A stretch of DNA of 18,332 bases from Acidobacteriota bacterium (GCA_023441255.1 JAEZPW010000356.1:1-18332); one strand, 5' to 3'. Counted from the first letter of the stretch, positions 1-7,228 are shown. Numbers and translations are program-made. Notes: a model not told the origin generated them from the letters alone.

Positions 1-3000
1 AGCACCTGGCGGCCATTGACATAGACTTCGGCGTCAAAATCTCCTGTCATTTCGCCGCTCTGCTTAAGGAAGTCGGTGAGACCGAAGATGACCATGGCAG
101 TCTGCTTGGTGGAATCCCACCAGAATCCCTGGTTGCGATGGGTCACCAGGTACTGGACTGCTTTTGGCAGCAGCGGACTTTGCGGGTGTTCGGCGGTCAG
201 CAGCTTCAGCGCAAGTGCTGTCGATTCGACTGTCGTATCTGAGCTGAAGTCCAGTAGCCAGTCGTGGTCGGAGGGCCACCACGCCTGCATTTCATCCTGT
301 TTGACCGTGCGCTCGAGTTCAGAGGCGAGATCGCCAGAGCGGCCATCGTTCATTTTTCGGAACGCCAACCCGAGAACGGCCAAGCCGAAGGGAGAAAGTC
401 CGTCGCGGCGTTTCCATGCCATCTCGGCGACCTCTTTGTCGCCCTCGCCGGACACGGCCAGCGCATACGCCGCATAAGCCTTCATATCGGGATAGAGTTT
501 CGCATCGTTATTGATAGCCGTGGCGAGCCACTCGCGGGCTTTGGGCAAAGCCTGGTAGCCAACGTCATACCCGGCATCGCGCGCCTGGCCGAGGCCCTGC
601 ACTACGTAGGCGGTCATGAATACGTTGTCGTCGTCGGTCTTCCACCAGCCCCACGCGCCATCCTCGTGCTGGTACGAATACAAGCGATCGAGTCCTGCCC
701 TTACCTTGCGGTCCAGGTCTTGCGGCTTGATGTTCGATTGCGTGCCGAGTTGCTTGATAGCCTGCGCCACGATCACGTTGGGCAGGAAGCTCGACATCGT
801 CTGTTCCGTACAGCCGTACGGGTATGTGGTCAGGTAGTCGAGCGCGCTGAAGATCGTGCCTGCAACCGAAGGGGTGAGTTCGATCTGCAGCGAACGCGAA
901 CCCGGTTGAGCGGAACCGGGGAACGCGAGTTCTACCTGTTTTTCGCCGCCGCCCGCAATAAAGCCGGTCCGCGAATCGCCCAGCTTCACGCCAAATGGCT
1001 CGACCGGAAGCGTCAGTTCCATCGCGTCAGATTCCTGGTCGGTGAGCGCCTTCCCGAGAACCCGCGCTTCCGTGCCGTCGAGAACGCGCACGCGCCAGTC
1101 CACTTTCGCGTCCGACCCTTTCGGCACGGTGATATCGCGAGTCGCACCATCAAGCACCTGCACTCCGCTGAATTCCATCGAGACTCGCGCGGCCTTGTCG
1201 CCGGGGAGGTAGTTGTGAACGATGGTTGAAACGACGACGTCATCGCCCTGGCGGAAGAACCGCGGCACCACGAGGCGCACGAGTACGTTCTTGCGCACGA
1301 TGACCTTGCTTGTGGCAGCGCCGACCTTGGTATCGGTGGTGATGCCGCGGGCCGTCGCCCGCCATGTTGTGAGCGAATCGGGGAACTCGAACTGGACCTG
1401 CGCTTCGCCGGCTGCATTTGTACTGACCTCCGCCTTCCAAAAGGCCGTATCAGGAAACGCTTTGCGTACTTTCGGCTGCACCAGTCGCTCGGGCTTGAGC
1501 TGGGCCAGAGCTTTCGTCGGGCGCACCTGGGCCAGTTGCATCGCCTTCTTGCCTGCTTCTCCGCTGAAGTAATAAGTGAGTGACGTGGAGGTTCCAACCT
1601 CGTCGTAGACCTCTCCGTAGAAATCCGTCGTGATGTTCGGAGTCGAGTCCGGGCGAATATCGTAGATGGCCTCGTCGACCACGCCGACGCTGAACTCGGC
1701 CTGCGCCGGTCTCCCCGCGCTGTCGCGCGCGATTAGCTTGAACGTCGCGGGACTGCCGGGCTGGAACTGCGGCTGCGTCGGTTTCAGTTCCACATTGAGT
1801 GCGGCGTCTGTTGCAGGAACTTTGAGTTTCTTGCGCCCGGAGAACAGTTTCCCGTCTTGGATGTAGGTGGCGTTGATCCAGACGTTCGGAGCGTATTCGC
1901 GCCGGACGGGTATATCGACGGCGACGGCGTTGCCGCTGTTGAGGGCGATCTGGTACTGATAGAGGTACAAACCTTCGACCGTTACCAGGACGTGAGACGC
2001 GCCTTCAGGAACGGTCACGATCGTCCGTGCCGTATCGCCCGGCTTGTATTCCTTTTTGTCCGTCACGATCTGGAGTTTTTCGCGTTTGTTTCCGCGCGCC
2101 CACCACGGCGTGCTGCCGGGTACCCACAGGTACGCGGAATCCTCCACCTGCCGGCTTTCACGCGTCTGCGCAGATACCCGCACGCGGAACTCGCCCGCCT
2201 GCGGAACTCGGAAGCTCACCTGTGCATTTCCGGCGGCATCCGTGCGTCCCGACGTGGAGGAAACTGCCTCTGAAAATTTCTTGCCCTGGTTATCCCAGGC
2301 CATCAGTTCGGCCCGGAAGTCGGTCTGCACCGGGTGCGAGTCGTAATCACGTGCCATGACCGACACCTTCGCATCTGCTCCGGCCTGGTAGACGTAGGAG
2401 TCCGGTTGTGCCGAAACGAAGAAACTGCCGTAGGTCGCGAAGGCGTAGCCCGCGCCTGAAATCTCGCGGTTCCCCTCGTCGGTCACGCGCGCCTCGACGC
2501 GGTAACGCAGGTCGTTGTGCTCGGAGTCGGGCGAAGTCGGAATCGTAATCGTCAGTTTTCCGTCCGCATCGAGCGTCGCCGTGTGTTCATCGGTCTCCTC
2601 GCCAGCGTAGTCGTTGTAGCCGTTCCCCTCGCCACCCGCATCGGTATCGATCTCGGGCACGTCCTCGTCATCGCCCGCGTAGCGACCCGGCGCCCACCAT
2701 TGACTCTTGTGTACCACCCAGACCACTTTGGCGCGCGCCACCGGTTCTCCGAAGAAATACCGTGCCTCGATTGTGGCCTGGATCGGCTGGCCCTGCAGCA
2801 CGCGGGGTGTCGCGGGCGTGACCCTCACCTGGTACTCAGGCTTCTTGTACTCTTCGACGCCGAAGCTCGTCGAGGCGAGAAAGTTGTCGTCCATTTTCGC
2901 GTCGACGGACCAGTCGCCCAGCGCAGCATCCGCAGGAATATTGAAATCGCCGTGCACCGTGCCATTCGAGTTGACGGCAAACTCCTGGGATAGCTTGACC

Positions 3001-4013
3001 TCGCCCTTAGCGTCGTTGATTTCGAGGCGGATGGTGCCACTGGAGGGAATCACCCAGCCCTCACGACCCCGCGCCCGCAGCAAGAACTTGAAATGCACCT
3101 GGTCGCCAGGCCGATAGATCGGTCGCTCCGTGTATCCGTAGGCGTGTATGCGTGTAGCCTCACGGTTGCCGAGAGTCCAGGAATTGAGGGCGTTCGCGGC
3201 AAAGCGTTTGCCGTCGAGGGCGAGGACGGTCACCGAGTCGGGCTTCTCCACCTTGGCTTCTTGCAGCGCCAGACCGTTGCTGTCGGTCTTCGAACCGGCG
3301 AGTTGTTCGCCGTCAACCCAGAGGAGCACGTCAGCATTTGCGATCGGCTTGCCTGACTTCCGCTCCACCACGTAACTGAGCACCTGCTGGCTCGAAGTCT
3401 TGGTAATGACGGCAATCTCGCTGACGATCACCACCGTATAGGCGCGGAGCGTGCCGGTCGTCGCTTCCACCAGGTAGACGCCCGCACCTTTGACCGGGAT
3501 AGTTGCGGTCTGCGACTGCCACGGCTGCCTGTCTTTTGCCGGAGACCAGTTCCACACCGCCACCAGTTGTTGCGGGTTGAGAATCGGCACCGGGGCGAAA
3601 CTCTCGACCTTGCTGACGCTTTGGACTTGCCGCTCCTGCCGCCACTCGCGGATCTCAGATCGCACGCCGGGGCTGAACTGCTCGCGGAAGAAGTCGCGCA
3701 CCGAGGCAAACGTGCGATGTTTCCAGCCATGGAACTTTTCAAGGAAAGTGCGTTCGCGGCCTGTGCGCGGGCCCACTCCGCCGAAGTTGTGCTGATCCTT
3801 TAGCAGCGCGAAGAACTTCACCGGATCGTTGATGCGATAAAGGCGGAATTCCAGTTTGTCGACGTTGTGCGCCCATACTGACACCTCGGCCTTTTCGCCG
3901 GGCGCATAGGTCGCGCTGCTGTTCAGCGTGAACGACGGTTCGTTTTCGTCGGCCAATGTAGGCACGGCAACACACAGCATGAGCAACAGTGCAACAGCCA
4001 GTTTGCTTCGCAT
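1..4013 (-). CDS. alpha-2-macroglobulin family protein with intact CTEQ thioester site; N-terminus in window, C-terminus beyond left edge (partial, >=1337 aa)
   Basis: Absent from the ORF track because it is open at the window edge. The minus frame starting at ATG 4013-4011 has no stop down to base 1, and every listed minus ORF in 1-4013 is in one of the other two frames. My translation starts MRSKLAVALLLMLCVAVPTLADENEP (signal peptide). It contains A2M hallmarks: FPDTAFWKAEV...FEFPDSLTTWRATARGIT, the thioester site YPYGCTEQTMSSFLPN (CTEQ codons 812-801, in frame) and YQHEDGAWGWW. The ATG shares one base with the TGA of the upstream DUF1175 gene (TGATG). Confidence 0.85.
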   Translation of the reverse strand, partial: MRSKLAVALLLMLCVAVPTLADENEPSFTLNSSATYAPGEKAEVSVWAHNVDKLEFRLYRINDPVKFFALLKDQHNFGGVGPRTGRERTFLEKFHGWKHRTFASVRDFFREQFSPGVRSEIREWRQERQVQSVSKVESFAPVPILNPQQLVAVWNWSPAKDRQPWQSQTATIPVKGAGVYLVEATTGTLRAYTVVIVSEIAVITKTSSQQVLSYVVERKSGKPIANADVLLWVDGEQLAGSKTDSNGLALQEAKVEKPDSVTVLALDGKRFAANALNSWTLGNREATRIHAYGYTERPIYRPGDQVHFKFLLRARGREGWVIPSSGTIRLEINDAKGEVKLSQEFAVNSNGTVHGDFNIPADAALGDWSVDAKMDDNFLASTSFGVEEYKKPEYQVRVTPATPRVLQGQPIQATIEARYFFGEPVARAKVVWVVHKSQWWAPGRYAGDDEDVPEIDTDAGGEGNGYNDYAGEETDEHTATLDADGKLTITIPTSPDSEHNDLRYRVEARVTDEGNREISGAGYAFATYGSFFVSAQPDSYVYQAGADAKVSVMARDYDSHPVQTDFRAELMAWDNQGKKFSEAVSSTSGRTDAAGNAQVSFRVPQAGEFRVRVSAQTRESRQVEDSAYLWVPGSTPWWARGNKREKLQIVTDKKEYKPGDTARTIVTVPEGASHVLVTVEGLYLYQYQIALNSGNAVAVDIPVRREYAPNVWINATYIQDGKLFSGRKKLKVPATDAALNVELKPTQPQFQPGSPATFKLIARDSAGRPAQAEFSVGVVDEAIYDIRPDSTPNITTDFYGEVYDEVGTSTSLTYYFSGEAGKKAMQLAQVRPTKALAQLKPERLVQPKVRKAFPDTAFWKAEVSTNAAGEAQVQFEFPDSLTTWRATARGITTDTKVGAATSKVIVRKNVLVRLVVPRFFRQGDDVVVSTIVHNYLPGDKAARVSMEFSGVQVLDGATRDITVPKGSDAKVDWRVRVLDGTEARVLGKALTDQESDAMELTLPVEPFGVKLGDSRTGFIAGGGEKQVELAFPGSAQPGSRSLQIELTPSVAGTIFSALDYLTTYPYGCTEQTMSSFLPNVIVAQAIKQLGTQSNIKPQDLDRKVRAGLDRLYSYQHEDGAWGWWKTDDDNVFMTAYVVQGLGQARDAGYDVGYQALPKAREWLATAINNDAKLYPDMKAYAAYALAVSGEGDKEVAEMAWKRRDGLSPFGLAVLGLAFRKMNDGRSGDLASELERTVKQDEMQAWWPSDHDWLLDFSSDTTVESTALALKLLTAEHPQSPLLPKAVQYLVTHRNQGFWWDSTKQTAMVIFGLTDFLKQSGEMTGDFDAEVYVNGRQV

Positions 4014-5092
4014 CAGTTCGATCCCCGCAGAATGTTCCAGCGGTAAACTCCCAGGAACGCGCGGTTTTCCGGCAAGGGACGCCAGCGCGCGTCGGGAAAA
4101 TGCATGAGTTGCTGCAAAGTCGTACGTCTGACCTCGCCCGGTCCGCCTTCGATCGGACCGGTGTGATACACCGCCAGGGGCTCGGCGCTACCGTCGAGCG
4201 AACTGCGTTCCAGGTACACCATGGCGTGAAATGGGGAGCGCTGCGAGTCCTGCCTGAAAAAGAGCACGTCGCCGCTCCGCGCGTCGCTGAGGCGGCGCGA
4301 AACCAGATACATGTTGAAGAGGCGCAGGTTCTTTGCGTCGGCGAACTCGGCGAAGGCGTCGCCGCGCAGGTCTTCTGGCACGAATGGTCCCGGCCGCGTT
4401 CTGAACAGCGCCGCTCCCAGCGGAGTATGCGGATACTGGTATTGTCGAACGTCGGGCACGCCAGGCAGACGCGGCAACCACTGCGCCGCCGCCCAGGAAG
4501 TATGGTGGTCGCGCAGTGCTTCGCGATAGGCGAATCGTACCAGCGAAGCACAGTCGGTTACTTCGGGCGCGAATTTCGGTTGCATGAAGAACTGGGATTC
4601 GGCAAGAAACGCGAACCAGCGCCGAAAAGAATCGGCATCCGATGGGTCATCGAGCCGCAGAAAGTCCGGAGTGCCATCAGAGTAGTAATCCGAGGTGCTG
4701 GGAGTGAGCTGAACCGTGACCTGCCGCGTGATTTTACCGGTTGTGAAGCGAACACGCGCTTCTCCCGGAAGCACGCCGGCGCGCAGGCGCACGGAAATGT
4801 GGCCATCCTGCCGTTCCACGGCTTCCACCCGCAGTCGCCACAAATCCGAGGAGCTTACGTTCAGCGTGGCGAGGTCGGCGCTTCGTCCACGCACCTCGGC
4901 CAGCGCCGTAGACGAACCGTCAGCTTCGATCGCAGAGGGGTTGAGAGATACCGACAGGCTCTGATGGTGACCAGAGAACGCAAGTGCAACCGCCAAGGCG
5001 GCTATGCACGGCGTGACGACCGCAATCAGCTTGATCTGCGGGCAACGCAATTGAACGGGAGTCCTCGCGCGAGGATTGTAGCTCCCGCTCAA
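4013..5092 (-). CDS. DUF1175 (YfaT-like) family protein
   Basis: 359-aa track ORF. The C-terminal two thirds (FRRWFAFLAESQF, TDCASLVRFAYREAL, GDVLFFRQ..FHAMVYL, VYHTGP, WRPLPENRAFLGVYRW) match my recollection of the DUF1175 family that accompanies bacterial A2M genes. The N-terminus has a hydrophobic segment (IKLIAVVTPCIAALAVALAF) and an Ig-like stretch (SVSLNPSAIEADGSSTALAEV). The called start at 5092 is TTG; there is no in-frame ATG near the 5' end, and TTG at 5050 is an alternative. The stop overlaps the A2M start. Confidence 0.7.
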   Translation of the reverse strand: MSGSYNPRARTPVQLRCPQIKLIAVVTPCIAALAVALAFSGHHQSLSVSLNPSAIEADGSSTALAEVRGRSADLATLNVSSSDLWRLRVEAVERQDGHISVRLRAGVLPGEARVRFTTGKITRQVTVQLTPSTSDYYSDGTPDFLRLDDPSDADSFRRWFAFLAESQFFMQPKFAPEVTDCASLVRFAYREALRDHHTSWAAAQWLPRLPGVPDVRQYQYPHTPLGAALFRTRPGPFVPEDLRGDAFAEFADAKNLRLFNMYLVSRRLSDARSGDVLFFRQDSQRSPFHAMVYLERSSLDGSAEPLAVYHTGPIEGGPGEVRRTTLQQLMHFPDARWRPLPENRAFLGVYRWNILRGSN

Positions 5093-5129
5093 GTGTGCGG
5101 CAACGGGAACCTTTTCTTATTGTGCGACG

Positions 5130-5168
5130 AAAACAAAAATGGCCGGCGCGTTCGCTGCCGCCGGCCAT
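5130..5168 (-). terminator. Rho-independent terminator downstream of the S41-like gene
   Basis: Perfect 10-bp GC-rich stem: 5139-5148 ATGGCCGGCG pairs with 5159-5168 CGCCGGCCAT, with a 10-nt loop. On the minus-strand transcript it is followed directly by UUUUGUUUUC (5138-5129). It begins 21 nt after the stop at 5190. There is no T-tract on the plus-strand side. Confidence 0.65.
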
Positions 5169-5189
5169 GGACTCAAATGTTATCTTCGA

Positions 5190-6446
5190 TCACTTCGCCG
5201 TCGCCGCCGCTGCGTTGCCCGCATCAGCGCGTTGCGCGTTGTTCTTGAGCACCTGGATCGCGCGGTTGAGCTGCTGGTCCGGTCCCTTCCTGGGTTCCTT
5301 CTTCAGCGGTTCGTTAGTGTTCGAATCCTGGTCCTCGTCGGGCAGGATGAAGTCGTCATCGTTATCAGCCACCAGGATGTTCGGCGTGACCGCCGTGTCT
5401 TGAATGGCCTTCCCCCTCGGCGAGTAATATTTCGCAACTGACAGCATCAGCGCAGAGCCGTCCGGCAGCTCGATCACTTTCTGGATCGAACCAACGCCGA
5501 AGGTTTTGTCGCCAAGCACGTCGCCACGTGCATTCTCAAGGACGGCCGAAGCCACGATCTCAGCTGGTCCTGCAGTTCCGCGATTCACTAGCACCACAAC
5601 CGGCAAAGTCGTGATCGCCTTCGACGGATCGGCATTGAAGTTCTCGCGCGGAAATTTCTGCCCCTGCAAATAGGCTATGGTCCCGTGGTTCAGGAACAGG
5701 TTGGCCGTCGCGACACCCTCGGACTCCTCGCCCAGCGCCGCGTCGCGCAGGTCGAGTACGAGTTTCTTCACGCCAGACTTCTGCAGGTTCTTGATCTTGC
5801 TTGCGATCTCCTGCGATTTCCCCTTCGGGAATGCATCGACCTTCAGATAGCCAATGTCTCCCTCGATCACTTCGGTGCTCACCGGCGGCACCTGCACACG
5901 GTCGCGCGTGATCACCACCTTCGACGGCTCAGCCCGCCGCGCCCGAACGATCGAGACGCTCACGTTCGAACCGACCTGGCCTTGCAGCGCACTATCTATC
6001 TCGGCCAGCGACATCTCGCGGGTGCTCTTGCCCTCCACGGCTTCCATGATGTCGCCGGTGTCCAGCCCGGCCTTGTCTGCCGGTCCGCCCGGCACCACTG
6101 AAATGACGGCCGCGTACCCGAATCGCTTCGAGATTGCTGCCCCGATATCGGCCTTGCCATCCGCCTTCTGCGCCTTGTACGCCTTGTATTCCTGCGGATC
6201 AAGGTAGCTGGAATTGGCGTCAAGCGACTCGAGCAGCCCATGCAAGGCGCCGGCCGTCACGTTGGGGATGTTCGGCTCCTCGACATATTCGCTGCGAATG
6301 CGCGAAAGCACTTCGCTATAGACGCCGAGTTGGCGGTACGCCCCGTCGTTATTGGTGGAAGCCTTGACGCCGAGTCCGCCGGCAATGGTGAGAGCCACGA
6401 GCGCGAACGAGACGCTCAGAATGATCGCTTTCAGAGTTTTGGACAT
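5190..6446 (-). CDS. S41 (C-terminal processing peptidase, Ctp/Prc-like) family homolog with PDZ domain; catalytic Ser and Lys positions substituted
   Basis: 418-aa ORF with an AGGA-type SD about 10 nt upstream. It has an N-terminal signal/anchor (MSKTLKAIILSVSFALVALTIAGG) and a PDZ-like segment (VISVVPGGPADKAGLDTGDIMEAVEG). The S41 core reads VVVLVNRGTAGPAEIV...LGDKTFGVGSIQKV...AKYYSPRGKAIQ, followed by an acidic low-complexity tail (ADNDDDFILPDEDQDSNTNE). Confidence 0.85.
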   Translation of the reverse strand: MSKTLKAIILSVSFALVALTIAGGLGVKASTNNDGAYRQLGVYSEVLSRIRSEYVEEPNIPNVTAGALHGLLESLDANSSYLDPQEYKAYKAQKADGKADIGAAISKRFGYAAVISVVPGGPADKAGLDTGDIMEAVEGKSTREMSLAEIDSALQGQVGSNVSVSIVRARRAEPSKVVITRDRVQVPPVSTEVIEGDIGYLKVDAFPKGKSQEIASKIKNLQKSGVKKLVLDLRDAALGEESEGVATANLFLNHGTIAYLQGQKFPRENFNADPSKAITTLPVVVLVNRGTAGPAEIVASAVLENARGDVLGDKTFGVGSIQKVIELPDGSALMLSVAKYYSPRGKAIQDTAVTPNILVADNDDDFILPDEDQDSNTNEPLKKEPRKGPDQQLNRAIQVLKNNAQRADAGNAAAATAK

Positions 6447-6924
6447 GGAACTTCATTTCCTGGAGACGTCAGTTTCCCACCGCATTGTTACGGAACAGGA
6501 TGAACCTGACAAGTGCTCTCATTATACCCACAATCTTTGATGCATGTTGCTGACCGCAGGGCGCTAAAAGCATTTTAGAGTTTCGACCACTCGACCCGGC
6601 TGAGTTTGGAGTTCGGCCCTTGTGGCGTAGGGGCCTTCCGACCAGCCAGGGTTGCCTGAACCGCGAGACGGCGCCCAGCCTATCCTTCTATAAGAACGTT
6701 AAGCTCGGCGACCTAAACCAATTCAGCTGCTGGAACCAGTTCCTTGCTCTTCTGGACAGTTCCGACCGCTCCCGACTGCCGCAGTTGCCCGGTGTACGTA
6801 ATCAGACAACCACATCGTTAGGTTGGACGCATGTCGACGCCAAAGGACAGCAACTTCGGGTGGCGAGCCGCTTACTGCGTTGAGAACGTGCCAGACCGCA
6901 ATCCCGCAGCCGGATCATTCCCCG

Positions 6925-7050
6925 GATGGCGAGATGACGAACGGTTCGATCGCTCGATGAAGAGATGGCGAGTGGCCTGATGACGAGACGGCCCGATGGC
7001 GAGATGGCCCCGATGGCGAGTTGGCCCCGATGGCGAGATCGCCCGATTGC
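6925..7050. repeat. GATGGCGAG repeat cluster, the last copies forming a 17-bp-period tandem array
   Basis: Exact GATGGCGAG at 6925-6933, 6964-6972, 6995-7003, 7012-7020 and 7029-7037. The last three are head-to-tail units: GATGGCGAGATGGCCCC, GATGGCGAGTTGGCCCC, GATGGCGAGATCGCCC, then a truncated GATTGC at 7045-7050. A near copy GGTGGCGAG lies at 6859-6867. GATGACGA(A/G)ACGG also recurs (6934-6945 and 6980-6991). Confidence 0.7.
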
Positions 7051-7055
7051 TTTTA

Positions 7056-7085
7056 TTGACACTCGTTGCGTGCGCCTCTTAGAAT
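7056..7085 (+). promoter_or_regulatory. sigma70-like promoter candidate upstream of the tRNA gene
   Basis: TTGACA (7056-7061), an 18-nt spacer, then TAGAAT (7080-7085), preceded by the A/T-rich run TTTTAT. The predicted TSS is near 7091-7093, about 60 nt upstream of the tRNA 5' end. Confidence 0.4.
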
Positions 7086-7087
7086 CA

Positions 7088-7135
7088 AAGGGCTGAGCCG
7101 CGGCGTGGCATTGGCGCGCTCAGCCCTTCTTTTGT
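7088..7135 (+). terminator. terminator-like GC-rich hairpin plus T-tract between the promoter candidate and the tRNA
   Basis: 11-bp stem: 7088-7098 AAGGGCTGAGC pairs with 7118-7128 GCTCAGCCCTT. Three more bp form after a 1-nt bulge (7100-7102 with 7115-7117). The loop is about 12 nt and is followed by CTTTTGT (7129-7135). The minus-strand side reads TTTGATTCT, so weak bidirectional function is possible. Confidence 0.45.
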
Positions 7136-7151
7136 ACGTCCTGTACACCGT

Positions 7152-7228
7152 GGCGGTGTAGCTCAGGTGGTTAGAGCGACGGTCTCATAATCCGTAGGTC
7201 GCTGGTTCGAGTCCAGCCGCCGCCACCA
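7152..7228 (+). tRNA. tRNA with CAU anticodon (elongator tRNA-Met, or tRNA-Ile2 if C34 is lysidinylated); CCA encoded
   Basis: Hand-folded 77-nt cloverleaf. Acceptor GGCGGTG/CGCCGCC (one G-U pair). D-arm GCTC-AGGTGGTTA-GAGC. Anticodon arm ACGGT-CTCATAA-TCCGT (CAU anticodon, U31/U39 unpaired). Variable loop AGGTC. T-arm GCTGG-TTCGAGT-CCAGC. Discriminator A, then CCA. The G1-C72 pair and the lack of three G-C pairs in the anticodon stem argue against an initiator. Confidence 0.9.

Noticed and set aside
264-2993. Long plus-strand ORFs (264..1229 of 321 aa, 1857..2273, 2517..2993 and others) across the left 4 kb
   Set aside because: They are antisense shadow ORFs of the A2M gene, as expected in GC-rich DNA. 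They are Arg/Ala/Pro/Gly-rich with no recognisable motifs, whereas the opposite strand gives a continuous, motif-rich A2M translation.
3930-4013. A2M as a lipoprotein like E. coli YfhM
   Set aside because: The only Cys in the signal region sits in LMLC-VAV, which does not fit the L-(A/S)-(G/A)-C lipobox. A type I cleavage after TLA is more plausible.
3989-5248. 419-aa plus-strand ORF
   Set aside because: It is antisense to the DUF1175 gene and the A2M 5' end. It has a low-complexity Arg-rich composition, no SD and no domain. The minus strand carries coupled genes with clear family motifs.
6991-7050. Tandem 17-bp repeats as a CRISPR array
   Set aside because: The units are contiguous with no spacers, too short, present in only about 3.5 copies, and there are no cas genes in the window.
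6620-7062. ORFs 6620..6883 (+, 87 aa) and 6802..7062 (-, 86 aa) as protein genes
   Set aside because: The first has a TTG start, no SD and no motif. The second is simply the translation of the GATGGCGAG repeat array and overlaps the tRNA promoter candidate.
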